From an uncultured Gammaproteobacteria bacterium (GTDB lineage Bacteria; Patescibacteriota; Microgenomatia; Daviesbacterales; UBA10151), in contig CAYHYM010000003.1 in NCBI GenBank assembly GCA_964360965.1, positions 29 through 64,028 on the forward strand: a DNA stretch of 64,000 nucleotides, given 5' to 3'. This document shows positions 17,555 to 27,005 of the stretch, one piece after another; position 1 is the first letter of the stretch, and every line of letters begins with the position of its first letter. The position numbers and the translations under genes were made by a program. The notes under the pieces were generated by a model that was not told the DNA's origin, made no database searches, and worked only from the letters and a program-made list of their open reading frames with translations.

Positions 17555-18112
17555 CTAAATCACTTTAGCCACTGATGCAATCATTAAAATTCCCACAGAG
17601 TTTGAGATATAGGATATTAAAATAAATCTTGCCTCGGACATTTTGGAAATTCCCAAAAGGGATACTCCCAGCTCATCAGGCAGTGGCGAGGCAATTATAA
17701 ATACACCTATTATGGGAAGAGTCCAAGCAATATATTTTGAATGAAGTAAAGCTTTTATATGCGATGTTTCTTGCTTGCCAAAAAGTATAGCCAACTCCTC
17801 TTGCAGACGACTCCTTACCAACTTAAAAACCAGATAGTCTCCCCAAACCGCTCCCACACCACCAATCAAAGCAATTGCCATGGGATGTAAATTTTGAGTC
17901 ATGATGGCAATAACTACTGTTGAGATGGCCACAGTGAATGAGGAAACAAAAAGCATCCCGGCAATTAAAGCTCCAATATATTCCAAGGATCCTAACCCTA
18001 AAAGCCAGTTTTTAAAGGCTTCATTTTGTGCCAATATTATGGCCAATAGAATACTTATTAAAACAGCAGTCAAATACGGATATCTCCACTTTTTCCAGAA
18101 ATTAGGCACCAT
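17555..18112 (-). CDS. Hypothetical polytopic membrane protein
   Basis: 185 aa, 5-6 TM segments. No confident family assignment. Confidence 0.45.
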   Translation of the reverse strand: MVPNFWKKWRYPYLTAVLISILLAIILAQNEAFKNWLLGLGSLEYIGALIAGMLFVSSFTVAISTVVIAIMTQNLHPMAIALIGGVGAVWGDYLVFKLVRSRLQEELAILFGKQETSHIKALLHSKYIAWTLPIIGVFIIASPLPDELGVSLLGISKMSEARFILISYISNSVGILMIASVAKVI

Positions 18113-19157
18113 GGTGTGCCTCCGCAGCCGGGCTTTGTTTTTTCCGCTTCAATAAATAATTATATGCAGCCAAGGCAGCCCTTACCCCATCACCTGCAGA
18201 AATATTATTTTGTTTATAAGGATCATTGGTGACGTCCCCACAAGCAAAAACCCCGGGATGGGAGGTGGTGGCATGTTGAAAATTCACCATGATTTGTCCA
18301 TGGTCATCAATTTGTACCAAATCTTTAACCATCTCAGAGTTAGGAACTGAGCCTATTTCCACAAATATCCCGCCCACTTCCAAAGTCTTTTCTTCTGCAC
18401 TTCCACTCCCGATGTGGGATTGAGCTGACACATCGGGAGTGTGTATTCGGTATTTGAGCCCGGTTACCAATGCTTCCCCCACCACTTCCACAGTTTGGGC
18501 ATTAAGAATAATTTGTCTAAGTTTGGGGTTTTTCTTGATTTCCTCAATAGTTGCCGGATCAGCTCTTAAGATCTCACCCCTCTCCATCAGGTAAATTTCT
18601 GATGCATAGGGAAAAAGGTCCTGTACTGCCTCGAGTCCGGCATTTCCTCCACCAACAACTGCCACCTTTTTATCGCGAAAAAGGGGAGCATCGCATGTTG
18701 AGCAATATACCACACCCCTACCTTCAAACTTATCCTCCCCTGGAATGCCTAGTTTCCTACGTCTGGCACCTGAGGCCACAATGACGGTTTTCCCCTGATA
18801 TACTTGTCCTGAGCCTGTCGAAGGATCTGTAGTCACCTCAAAATCACAGATCCTCCCAGCAGACACCTCGGATGGTGTGGACTCAGTAGACCTGCATGCA
18901 ACAGATTTTACCTTCACCACCTTTTCTGTTTTTATATCAACAATATCTGGATAAGCTCTAACATGAGCTTCCAGTTTTTTAGCTAAATTGAGTCCAGAAA
19001 TATGTACCTCTCCTATCCAGTTTTGAATATCATCTGAGACAATTGACTGCCCGCCAAAAGATTCTGTAATAAGGAGAGTTTTCATCTGCTTTCTTGCCGC
19101 ATAAACAGCAGCAGCACAAGCTGCAGGTCCTCCACCAATGATAATTACGTCATACAT
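18102..19157 (-). CDS. trxB: Thioredoxin-disulfide reductase carrying two in-frame palindromic insertions
   Basis: 351 aa. FAD site IIGGGPAACAAAVYAAR, redox-active YCSTCD, NAD(P) site VAVVGGGNAGLE. It is ~40 aa longer than typical TrxB because of insertions at 18405..18440 and 18801..18824. Confidence 0.8.
   Translation of the reverse strand: MYDVIIIGGGPAACAAAVYAARKQMKTLLITESFGGQSIVSDDIQNWIGEVHISGLNLAKKLEAHVRAYPDIVDIKTEKVVKVKSVACRSTESTPSEVSAGRICDFEVTTDPSTGSGQVYQGKTVIVASGARRRKLGIPGEDKFEGRGVVYCSTCDAPLFRDKKVAVVGGGNAGLEAVQDLFPYASEIYLMERGEILRADPATIEEIKKNPKLRQIILNAQTVEVVGEALVTGLKYRIHTPDVSAQSHIGSGSAEEKTLEVGGIFVEIGSVPNSEMVKDLVQIDDHGQIMVNFQHATTSHPGVFACGDVTNDPYKQNNISAGDGVRAALAAYNYLLKRKKQSPAAEAHHGA
18405..18440. 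repeat. Family-D hairpin module (ACTCCCGATGTG-N12-CACATCGGGAGT) in-frame in trxB
   Basis: 12-bp perfect stem. Encodes SAQSHIGSGSAEE. A near-identical copy at 20492..20528 sits in an unrelated aldolase gene and encodes HTQSHIGSGTTKA. Confidence 0.7.
18801..18824. repeat. Family-E module (TACTTGTMCTGAGCYTGTCGAAG) in-frame in trxB
   Basis: Encodes DPSTGSGQV. Related copies lie at 24398..24429 (cop[11 protein letters not shown]) and 47781..47806 (DUF3048 protein, STSSVQV). Confidence 0.6.
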
Positions 19158-19159
19158 AC

Positions 19160-20119
19160 TTATACCTTAACAGGAGTAAGTGGAGGTTGTCCAGATAAAA
19201 CCGCAATTATATTTTTGGCTGCCAATTCTCCCATGGCTGAACGGGCTTCTATTGTTGCAGAAGCAATATGAGGAGTTAGAATCACATTTTCTAAATCCAC
19301 CATACCAGCAGCCCATTTAGGTTCTGTTTCACCCACATCTAAAGCTGATCCGGCAATGACTTTATTTTTCAAGGCTTCGACAAGCTCAGCCTCATCAACC
19401 ACAGGACCACGGGAAGTATTGACCAGATAGGCCGTGGATTTCATCATCTTCAGATGCTCGGCGTTAATTAAATGTCTTGTAGAATCAAGTAGGGGGACGT
19501 GAATTGAAACCACATCTGATGTGGAAAGTAGTTCTTCAGGTGTTGCTTTAAAGACTGCTCCCACCTTAGTTTCAAAATCCGGATTTTGTTTAACATCGTA
19601 ATAGATCACATTCATACCAAAACTTTTCCCAATCTCAGCCACCCTTGAACCAATCCTGCCGAGTCCTAAAACCCCCAAGGTTTTATCTTTAAGTTCCATC
19701 CCCAACATGACTTCCGGACCAAACTGCGCAGACTCTGTAAGAGCCAATTTATGGGCTTCAACAACTCTTCTTGAGATTGCCATTATCAGTGCAAATGTAT
19801 GTTCAGCAACAGCCTCTGTTAACACATCCGGGGTGTTGGTGACCACAATACTTCGCGACAAAAGGGCGGGGAGGTCTAAATTATCTGTACCTACAGCGTA
19901 ATTGGCAACTATTTTTAAATTAGCCCCAGCAGCGTTAATAAACTCCTGATCCACCTTATCAGTCAACATGCTCAACACCCCATCTGCACCCTGTATAAAA
20001 TTCAAAAGTTCCTGTCTTTCCAAAGGCCGATCATGTGGTGAAACCACCACTTCATACCCAGCATCCTGCAACATCTTTATCCCACTGCCGGGAATTTTTC
20101 TGGTAACTACAACTTTCAT
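19160..20119 (-). CDS. D-isomer-specific 2-hydroxyacid dehydrogenase (glycerate/phosphoglycerate dehydrogenase-like)
   Basis: 319 aa. NAD-binding GLGRIGSRVAEIGKSFGMNVIYYD, catalytic His region. SD GGAGGTG lies 7 nt upstream. Confidence 0.85.
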   Translation of the reverse strand: MKVVVTRKIPGSGIKMLQDAGYEVVVSPHDRPLERQELLNFIQGADGVLSMLTDKVDQEFINAAGANLKIVANYAVGTDNLDLPALLSRSIVVTNTPDVLTEAVAEHTFALIMAISRRVVEAHKLALTESAQFGPEVMLGMELKDKTLGVLGLGRIGSRVAEIGKSFGMNVIYYDVKQNPDFETKVGAVFKATPEELLSTSDVVSIHVPLLDSTRHLINAEHLKMMKSTAYLVNTSRGPVVDEAELVEALKNKVIAGSALDVGETEPKWAAGMVDLENVILTPHIASATIEARSAMGELAAKNIIAVLSGQPPLTPVKV

Positions 20120-20143
20120 CTTCTTCCACCTCCGAGGTGTTTT

Positions 20144-20989
20144 CTAATCCATCATAACAACTTCTGTTAAAACTTTAAATCTTTCTGGTAAGGTTTTTGT
20201 TAAAAACTGTTGTTTTTCTTCCCCTTGCAAACTGCAAACCTCCTGCCACAGCGCCCTTCCTGCTAAAAAGCCTTTGGCCCCTGCTTTTATTGCAACTTTC
20301 AAATTTTCTTTAAAAACCTCAAAACTATCTCCTCCTGTAAGTAAAATCCATGGAGTATCACCTACCATATTGGTAATTTCCACGCATACATCCAAATCAC
20401 CCGGATATTCCAACTTCCACACATCTGGAACTATCCTAACCTCCTTAAAAATTTTCACTGACTCGATCACCAACCCTGCTTTAGTGGTCCCACTCCCGAT
20501 GTGAGATTGAGTATGCACATCGGGAGTGTACGTGACAATTTCTAAAAAAAATGGGAAATCATGAATCTTACAATCCTCTAAAACTTTCCTGGCAGTTTCC
20601 AGCTGTTTTTTTGCACTTTCTAAGTTTGGATTAAAATAAATCAAAAGTTTGGCCCCAGAAGCCCCCAGCTCTTTTAACTGCCCAACTATGTATTCCAACT
20701 CCGTAATTCTTTCTCCAGCCTGGTTAACGTATCCGCTTTTTTCTAAAGGTAATAAAAATGGTTTTGTTTGGCAAGCTTCTTTACATGCCTCTATGCCATA
20801 GTGTTCATCAATCAACAGTCCTGAAACTTGACCTGCTAAAGCATTGATAATTTCTGATTTCAGGGAAACAACAGTCTCATCAGAAACACTATCAGCATCC
20901 TGTGGATTTATTAATTTCTTAAATGATCCCCTATGGTCCAAAGCCAACATCAAAAATTTGCCATCAGATGTAAACTTACTTAAATCCAT
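20144..20989 (-). CDS. Class I aldolase of the tagatose-bisphosphate aldolase (LacD)/DhnA-like family
   Basis: 281 aa. N-terminal GKFLMLALDHRGSFKKL resembles LacD ALAFDQRG. Carries Family-D insertion 20492..20528. Confidence 0.55.
   Translation of the reverse strand: MDLSKFTSDGKFLMLALDHRGSFKKLINPQDADSVSDETVVSLKSEIINALAGQVSGLLIDEHYGIEACKEACQTKPFLLPLEKSGYVNQAGERITELEYIVGQLKELGASGAKLLIYFNPNLESAKKQLETARKVLEDCKIHDFPFFLEIVTYTPDVHTQSHIGSGTTKAGLVIESVKIFKEVRIVPDVWKLEYPGDLDVCVEITNMVGDTPWILLTGGDSFEVFKENLKVAIKAGAKGFLAGRALWQEVCSLQGEEKQQFLTKTLPERFKVLTEVVMMD
20492..20528. repeat. Family-D hairpin module copy, in-frame in the aldolase gene
   Basis: ACTCCCGATGTG-AGATTGAGTATG-CACATCGGGAGTG. Same stem as 18405..18440; the loop differs at 4 positions. 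Confidence 0.7.
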
Positions 20990-20992
20990 AAT

Positions 20993-21976
20993 CTAAATTT
21001 CCTTGGCTATTATTTTAGAATTTTCTTTTAATTTTTCCTGCATCTTATCATAAGTTAAAAGACCTGCTTGAGGACCAATTTGTTCAACCACAGCTGCTCC
21101 ATTGGCAGCTCCCCACCGCATAGCCTCTGGTAAATCTTTACCATAAAAAAGTCCTGCTAATACTCCTGTAGCATACCCGTCTCCTGCCCCTGTCATTTCC
21201 AAAAGTTTGGCTGGAAAAATCCCCAAATGATAATATTTGCTTCCATCAAACCCATATGAACCTTCCTCACCATCTGTAATAATAATCATTCTTGGTCCTA
21301 AATCACAAAGTCCTTTCAGCAATTTTTTAATGGCTATATCTTCCTCATCTTGATATCCTAATATTCTTTTGGCTTCCTCTTCGTTCACTATAAATAGTTC
21401 TGTTAGCAACAGCAGCTGTGGACTCTTTTTAATTCCTGCCTGAATTTGATAAGTACCGGGATTATATAGTAGCTTGCCTCCAACTCTTTGTAAATATTGT
21501 ACCAGCTGGCTGATTATATTAGATTGAGTAAATGAGCGCGACACGGAGGTAAAATATACCCATTTTGTTCTATCCAGATCTGGCAGATCATACTTCCAAG
21601 CCTGATGATAAACCAAGATTGTCCTTTCCCCCTGAAAGTTGATAACCGTTGATAAGTTGGACTCCATTCCCTTATTTATTAATACATACTGCGGACTGAC
21701 TCCTTCTTGTTTAAACTTATCCAATATTTGTTTGCCAGCTGGGTCTGAACCAACGTTGACATAAATTGCGCTGTTAAGCTTAAGTCTTGCTCCACCAACT
21801 GCATTATTGGCAGCATTGCCAGCCACCAGATGTGTCAGCTTATCAACCGCAATCTTATCCCCGTAATCAATGCAAAGTTTGCAGTCTTCTTTATTTAGGC
21901 TGCACCTGACTTCTGCATCTTGAATTTGCACAAAATTATCAATAGTTGCATCACCAACTGAGATTAAATCATACAT
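20993..21976 (-). CDS. PfkB-family carbohydrate kinase (ribokinase/phosphofructokinase-like)
   Basis: 327 aa. GG motif near the N-terminus and C-terminal anion hole TGAGDGYATGVLAGL. Confidence 0.8.
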   Translation of the reverse strand: MYDLISVGDATIDNFVQIQDAEVRCSLNKEDCKLCIDYGDKIAVDKLTHLVAGNAANNAVGGARLKLNSAIYVNVGSDPAGKQILDKFKQEGVSPQYVLINKGMESNLSTVINFQGERTILVYHQAWKYDLPDLDRTKWVYFTSVSRSFTQSNIISQLVQYLQRVGGKLLYNPGTYQIQAGIKKSPQLLLLTELFIVNEEEAKRILGYQDEEDIAIKKLLKGLCDLGPRMIIITDGEEGSYGFDGSKYYHLGIFPAKLLEMTGAGDGYATGVLAGLFYGKDLPEAMRWGAANGAAVVEQIGPQAGLLTYDKMQEKLKENSKIIAKEI

Positions 21977-21978
21977 AA

Positions 21979-22010
21979 AGTTAGGGTCTAGGGTATAGCG
22001 TATAGGGTAT
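21979..22010. repeat. Tandem direct repeat TAGGGTATAG x2 (with partial third) between copZ and the sugar-kinase operon
   Basis: TAGGGTCTAGGGTATAGCGTATAGGGTATAG lies immediately upstream of the PfkB kinase start. Candidate operator. Confidence 0.3.
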
Positions 22011-22014
22011 AGTT

Positions 22015-22236
22015 TTAAAAATCAACTGGCTCTGCCTTATAGCCGGATTTTTTAATAGTCTCCAGAATCAGTTGGCCAGTTACCTTATCTGGATCAAATT
22101 CTATTTCTGTTTCTGCTTTAGCATAACTGGTCTTGACGCTCTTTACTCCTTCTACCTCCTCCAAATCCATATCTATGGTTAGGGCGCAAGAAGTACAGTG
22201 CATATCAGTTATTTTAAATTTCTTTTTAATCATCAT
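22015..22236 (-). CDS. copZ: Copper chaperone CopZ (HMA domain)
   Basis: 73 aa, MHCTSCAL (MxCxxC) metal-binding motif. Confidence 0.85.
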   Translation of the reverse strand: MMIKKKFKITDMHCTSCALTIDMDLEEVEGVKSVKTSYAKAETEIEFDPDKVTGQLILETIKKSGYKAEPVDF

Positions 22237-23264
22237 ATTATCTCTATAGTCCCACTGTACATCCCCATAGAACAGGTCCAGGTAAGTTTACCGGGAGTTG
22301 TTGGAGTAAATTCAACCGGAGTAGTAACATTCTGAGCAAGCGTCTTACTAAGTCCCAGTTGAGGAATCCTAAAAGCTGCTGTGCATCCATATCCTCCTTT
22401 GGGTGTCAAATTAAGTCTTACTGGTAAACCAGACTGAACTTTAATATTGTTTGGAGTATAACTTGTGGGAAAAACTGTGATATCTGCAACTTGCACCCCT
22501 TCCTCATTTCGAACTAAAGATTCTGAAGTGGATTCTCCAGACAAATCAATATAAATTGGGATGGCATCTCTTATTGTGGCAAGGGTAATTGGAGATCCTG
22601 CCAAAACCAAGCTACTGTTAAATGTGGTAATTCCCAAATACATAACCAGAGCTCCTGATAACTTAAAAAACTTAAGTTTAAAAGCATCTCCCAAAGTTGT
22701 TGTTAAAAACCCCAAGCCAAAAAACAATGGCACTGTTCCTATAGTAAATACCCCCAAAATAGCTGCTCCCAAAATTGGGGAGCCGGAAGATATAGCAAAA
22801 GCTTCCATGGCCAAGGTGGTGCCACAAGGAATAAATACTGTCAGAGCTCCCAAGAGTGCCGGAGCAAATAGGTCACGGCTTTTAGTGGTATCCTTAACCA
22901 TTATCATCATAAACCTGGGAGGTTGAATAATTGCATACCTGAAAACGGGATGAATATTTAAAAGATTCAAAGCCACAGCAATCATATAAACCCCAGCCAG
23001 TAGTTGCATTACAATCCTAGCTGTATCTGATAAAGCCAAGGCAGAGCCAAATGCTCCTAGTATAAAACCTAAAGTGACATAGGCTAAAAATTTGGTAGTC
23101 AAGAAGGCCAAAATAGGAAAGAGATTGTGTTTTCTCCGGCTACCTTCTTCCAAATCCTGTTCCTCGCGTACAGCAATAGTTGATGCCAAAAGCCCACCCT
23201 GTACTGCCAAACAGGTAAGTCCTCCAACAGTTAAACCAGTTAAAAATATAAGCCAAAGATCCAT
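22233..23264 (-). CDS. Polytopic membrane protein with paired-Cys TM motifs and a C-terminal cupredoxin-like domain (copper operon)
   Basis: 343 aa. TM motifs GLTCLAVQGGLL and FIPCGTTLAME (DsbD/CcdA-like). C-terminal LTWTCSMGMYSGTIEII is paralogous to the C-terminus of the 119-aa protein at 25276..25635 (YTYSCGMNMFHGKIIVK). Confidence 0.45.
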   Translation of the reverse strand: MDLWLIFLTGLTVGGLTCLAVQGGLLASTIAVREEQDLEEGSRRKHNLFPILAFLTTKFLAYVTLGFILGAFGSALALSDTARIVMQLLAGVYMIAVALNLLNIHPVFRYAIIQPPRFMMIMVKDTTKSRDLFAPALLGALTVFIPCGTTLAMEAFAISSGSPILGAAILGVFTIGTVPLFFGLGFLTTTLGDAFKLKFFKLSGALVMYLGITTFNSSLVLAGSPITLATIRDAIPIYIDLSGESTSESLVRNEEGVQVADITVFPTSYTPNNIKVQSGLPVRLNLTPKGGYGCTAAFRIPQLGLSKTLAQNVTTPVEFTPTTPGKLTWTCSMGMYSGTIEII

Positions 23265-23265
23265 A

Positions 23266-25272
23266 CTATATTTTCACTCTTTTTAATAATAACGAATTAG
23301 TAACAACAGATATAGAACTTGTGGCCATAGCAACTGATGCAAAAATCGGATTCAATAGTAAATGAAAGAATGAATAGAGAATTCCCATAGCAACAGGTAT
23401 CAGTATAATATTATATCCAAAAGCCCAAAACAGATTCAACTTAATAGTTCTCATGGTTTTTTGGGATAACTCAACTGCATGAGCTACGGATTTTAAGTCT
23501 TTATTGATTAGTGTAATATCAGCAGCTTCTATTGCTACATCCGTACCAGTTCCCATGGCAATGCCTATATCTGCAGCAGCCAGAGCTGGAGCATCGTTAA
23601 TCCCATCACCAACCATAGCAACTTTTTTACCCTCTGCCTGAATTTTTTTCACCTCTGCTTCTTTCTGATCTGGTAAGACTTCTGCCAAAACTCTTTTAAT
23701 ACCCACTTGATCTGCAATAGCGTCAGCAGTCCTCTTATTATCTCCTGTAATCATCACAACTTCTATGCCCATTTTTTGCAATGACTGCACACCTTCTCTG
23801 GCAGTGTCTTTTAAAGTATCGGCCACAGCAATTAAACCCGCTAATTTTCTATTTGCAGCCAGCATCATTACTGTCTTACCATCATTTTCAAATTTCTCAA
23901 TATCTGTGAGATTTTTTTCATAAATCACGTTCTCCCTGTCCATAAGCTTGCGATTTCCCAGGAAAACTTTCTGGTTGTTAACTACCCCTTCTATCCCAAA
24001 TCCAGGGATTGCTTTAAAATATTTAACCTTCGGAATAGTCTCACCCTCTATGCCAAGATTTCTTCCATACTCTAAAATTGCTTCTGCAAGAGAATGTTCT
24101 GAAGACTTTTCCAGAGCAACTGCCCGAGAAAGTATTAGCATATCACTGTTATACATTCTATTACCCGTTGTCTTAATATCTGTAACCACTGGTTTCCCTT
24201 TGGTGAGTGTTCCTGTTTTATCAAAAATCACGGTATTTATTTTATGGGCTGTTTCCAAGCTTTCTGCATCTTTTATTAAAATCCCATGCTCTGCCCCAAT
24301 CCCTGTTCCCACCATAATAGCTGTGGGAGTAGCCAGACCCATGGCACAAGGGCAGGCAATAATTAAAACTGCTATGGCATTTAACATGGCAAATAAGAGG
24401 GGGACCTGCCCTGAGCTTGTCGAAGGGCCAAACACATACCAACCGACAAATGTGACAATTGCCAGCATAATCACAATGGGCACAAAATAAGAGGAAATTA
24501 AATCTGCAATCCTTTGGATTGGAGCTTTAGAGCCTTGTGCTTCCTGGACTAACTTAATAATTTGAGCGAGCATGGTATCAGAACCTACTTTTGTGGCTTT
24601 ATAAGTAAAAGTGCCTGATTTATTAATTGTTGCCCCGACAACTATATCTCCTTTAGCTTTATCAACCGGCATACTCTCACCAGTTATCATTGACTCATCT
24701 ATAGAGGATTCACCTTCAACTATCACTCCATCTACTGGAATTTTCTCACCAGGTCTGACTCTGATTACATTACCAACCACAACCTGATCAATAGGTATAT
24801 CTTTTTCCTGACCATCAACTAGAACCCTGGCAGTTTTAGCTTGTAATCCAATTAATTTTTTAATAGCTTCAGAAGTTCCAGCTTTGGCTTTGGCCTCAAA
24901 ATAACGGCCAAGCAAAATCAAACCGATAATAATTGTGGAAACATCAAAATACGGTTCCGGTTTGATGCCAATATTTTCCATCACTTGAGGAAAAATAGTC
25001 ACAAAGGCGGAATAGGAAAAAGCCACACTAGTACCAATGGCAACCAGTGTGTCCATATTGGCAGTACGATGACGCAGTGCAGGCAGTGTTGCTTGATAAA
25101 ATTCCCATCCTGCCCAAAATTGAACTGGGGTGGCCAAAAGCAGTTGTACCCAGAAGTTTTGTAAAATAGTTGGGGAAGTTACCATTAATCCTGGAAAAGA
25201 ACCCCATAAAATCAGTCCACCTAAAACCAAACTTATTACCACTTTAATTTGTAAATCCTTCTCTCTGTTCAT
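23266..25272 (-). CDS. copA: Cu+-exporting P1B-type ATPase (no N-terminal HMA domain)
   Basis: 668 aa. TM CPC motif [29 protein letters not shown]. Carries Family-E insertion 24398..24429. Confidence 0.9.
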   Translation of the reverse strand: MNREKDLQIKVVISLVLGGLILWGSFPGLMVTSPTILQNFWVQLLLATPVQFWAGWEFYQATLPALRHRTANMDTLVAIGTSVAFSYSAFVTIFPQVMENIGIKPEPYFDVSTIIIGLILLGRYFEAKAKAGTSEAIKKLIGLQAKTARVLVDGQEKDIPIDQVVVGNVIRVRPGEKIPVDGVIVEGESSIDESMITGESMPVDKAKGDIVVGATINKSGTFTYKATKVGSDTMLAQIIKLVQEAQGSKAPIQRIADLISSYFVPIVIMLAIVTFVGWYVFGPSTSSGQVPLLFAMLNAIAVLIIACPCAMGLATPTAIMVGTGIGAEHGILIKDAESLETAHKINTVIFDKTGTLTKGKPVVTDIKTTGNRMYNSDMLILSRAVALEKSSEHSLAEAILEYGRNLGIEGETIPKVKYFKAIPGFGIEGVVNNQKVFLGNRKLMDRENVIYEKNLTDIEKFENDGKTVMMLAANRKLAGLIAVADTLKDTAREGVQSLQKMGIEVVMITGDNKRTADAIADQVGIKRVLAEVLPDQKEAEVKKIQAEGKKVAMVGDGINDAPALAAADIGIAMGTGTDVAIEAADITLINKDLKSVAHAVELSQKTMRTIKLNLFWAFGYNIILIPVAMGILYSFFHLLLNPIFASVAMATSSISVVTNSLLLKRVKI
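24398..24429. repeat. Family-E module copy, in-frame in copA
   Basis: GGGGGACCTGCCCTGAGCTTGTCGAAGGGCC shares the CTGAGCTTGTCGAAG core with 18801 and 47781. Encodes [10 protein letters not shown] between TM helices. Confidence 0.6.
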
Positions 25273-25275
25273 AAG

Positions 25276-25635
25276 TTATTTCACAATAATCTTTCCATGA
25301 AACATGTTCATCCCACAGGAATAGGTATATTCACCCGTATTTTGTGGGGTTATTTCTACAGTTACTTTTTCATTCAAAGGTAAGTATTGGCGGATTCTAA
25401 AATCACCCAACACAACCTCTTCTAAACAACTACCTGGATCTTTACGGATAAAATTAATCTTTGTCAGTTTTCCTTTAGGTATAGAAATCATCTCTGGAGA
25501 ATAACCACCTTCAACCACAACATCCACCTCGTTCTCCACTACCACCTCTTTTTCTTTCTTCATCAGGAAAAACCAATAAGTAAAGATTATTCCAGCTATT
25601 CCCATAAACAATACCAATAACTTATCAAAACTCAT
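25276..25635 (-). CDS. Membrane-anchored cupredoxin-like copper-binding protein
   Basis: 119 aa, N-terminal TM. C-terminal YTYSCGMNMFHGKIIVK (Cys/Met/His ligand cluster). Confidence 0.5.
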   Translation of the reverse strand: MSFDKLLVLFMGIAGIIFTYWFFLMKKEKEVVVENEVDVVVEGGYSPEMISIPKGKLTKINFIRKDPGSCLEEVVLGDFRIRQYLPLNEKVTVEITPQNTGEYTYSCGMNMFHGKIIVK

Positions 25636-25901
25636 TGTGATTTTTTAAAAACGTTCATAATTTCAAAAATGGCTTCCTTTTGCCGACCTGCTTTAATAGC
25701 TTTTGCAGCACAAGTTTTTAAATGATTTTCTAAAGTTAAGGCATCTGCTTCCTGCAAGGCTCTTTGGACTGCTTTAGATTGATGAATCACATCAATACAG
25801 TATTCACCACCCTCTACCATCTTAATAACCCTCTTTAGGTGTCCCTGAGAAATCTTTAGTCTATGAAGAATTCTTTCCTGAGTATCCTTAGGTCTATACA
25901 T
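25632..25901 (-). CDS. csoR: Copper-sensing transcriptional repressor CsoR
   Basis: 89 aa. RLKISQGHLKRVIKMVEGGEYCIDVIHQSKAVQRALQEADALTLENHLKTC is the CsoR/RcnR (DUF156) fold with the Cys-His-Cys ligand set. Confidence 0.85.
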   Translation of the reverse strand: MYRPKDTQERILHRLKISQGHLKRVIKMVEGGEYCIDVIHQSKAVQRALQEADALTLENHLKTCAAKAIKAGRQKEAIFEIMNVFKKSQ

Positions 25902-25910
25902 AATACCTAT

Positions 25911-25939
25911 ACTATATCCCCCGGTAGGGGATATGTCAA
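25911..25939 (-). promoter_or_regulatory. Copper-operon promoter with a CsoR-type GC-rich palindromic operator filling the spacer
   Basis: Read on the minus strand: TTGACA (25939..25934), a 17-bp spacer containing the palindrome ATATCCCC-CGGTA-GGGGATAT (25914..25934), TATAGT (25916..25911), then csoR ATG at 25901. The G/C-tract inverted repeat resembles known CsoR operators. Confidence 0.55.
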
Positions 25940-26072
25940 GTCAACGAAAATACTTATTTTCTCCCTTTCTTAATTCCGGAATCAGTCAGTTTTTCTTAAA
26001 GCCCGCAGTGTAAAGAGGTGTAGGAAACTCTAAAGCTAAATTCTTTTGCGGACTAGGAGTTGACAATTAGAT

Positions 26073-27005
26073 TTGAATACTGATATCATTAAATTAATGC
26101 TCACTTCAGCTAAATTCAGTGTAAACGGACAAAAAGGATTTATCTATACTCCAATTTTAGTAGTCTTAATTACTGTAGTTACTGTGGGTACTATGTTAGC
26201 CAGCCAAAATCCCCTCCCAGATGTTAAAGGAACATTAATTGCCAAGGATGATGATTCATCTGGATCATCAGGAAGTGGAACAGGTGGAGATAACACCAAA
26301 ACTGAAACCACCACCCCAGAAGGAGTAAGAATAAAAGCCAAAACAGATGAAGATAAACAAAAGACAGAAATAAGATTTGGTGAAGGTGAAAAGATCAAGA
26401 CTAAAGTTGAAGAAGGGAGAACCAGAATTGATGTTTATTCGGGTGGAATAAAAGTCAGATATGAGGTTAGAGATGGTAGAGTAACAATTAAGGCTAAAAC
26501 AGAAGGAGGTGAAAATGTAGAAGAACAGGAACTTTTCAAAATTGTAGATAGACTTAATAAAACAGGTATAAAAGTGGCCACAGAAGGAGGTAAACTTTTG
26601 GTAGTAAGAAATAATATAGGAGCTCTATCCAATTTTCCACTATCGGTTGATCTAAATACCAATCAACTAATTGCCTCAACCTCTGCAGGGACAAGAGTAT
26701 TAACAGTTCTTCCTGATCAAGCAGTCCAAAACATGCTTGCGGCAAATGTTATCTCTAGGCTTGGTCCAAAGGCAATTACAGAGGCTGCAAGGACAGGACA
26801 GGCAACCACTGTAAGTAGCATTATTCAACTTGGATTAAGAAATAATATTCCTGTTTATGAAATTCTAGGAATACGCGACTTCCGATTGTTGGGATTCATC
26901 CCAATATCTTTACCTGTTACAGCAGTAGTTTCTGCAGAAACAGGAGATTTAGTTAATGTAGATCAACCATTAACTACCACCATAGTAGACTTACTTTCCC
27001 CTTAA
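26073..27005 (+). CDS. Secreted or anchored hypothetical protein with Gly/Ser/Thr-rich linker
   Basis: 310 aa. The track start is TTG; ATG at 26097 (MLTSAKFSVNG...) is more likely. N-terminal TM, then DDDSSGSSGSGTGGDNTKTETTTPEG. Promoter-like TTGACA 26059..26064. Confidence 0.5.
   Translation: MNTDIIKLMLTSAKFSVNGQKGFIYTPILVVLITVVTVGTMLASQNPLPDVKGTLIAKDDDSSGSSGSGTGGDNTKTETTTPEGVRIKAKTDEDKQKTEIRFGEGEKIKTKVEEGRTRIDVYSGGIKVRYEVRDGRVTIKAKTEGGENVEEQELFKIVDRLNKTGIKVATEGGKLLVVRNNIGALSNFPLSVDLNTNQLIASTSAGTRVLTVLPDQAVQNMLAANVISRLGPKAITEAARTGQATTVSSIIQLGLRNNIPVYEILGIRDFRLLGFIPISLPVTAVVSAETGDLVNVDQPLTTTIVDLLSP

Noticed and set aside
20126-20138. CACCTCCGAGGTG just upstream of the 2-hydroxyacid dehydrogenase start; considered as another Family-A mobile module
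   Set aside because: Only a single 13-nt arm is present. On the coding strand GGAGGTG sits 7 nt before the ATG, so it is adequately explained as the gene's Shine-Dalgarno sequence. The true modules do look SD/anti-SD-derived.
26073-26096. TTG start proposed by the ORF track for the 310-aa secreted protein
   Set aside because: An in-frame ATG at 26097 (MLTSAKFSVNG...) downstream of a promoter-like TTGACA is more plausible. The gene is kept with its start flagged as uncertain.
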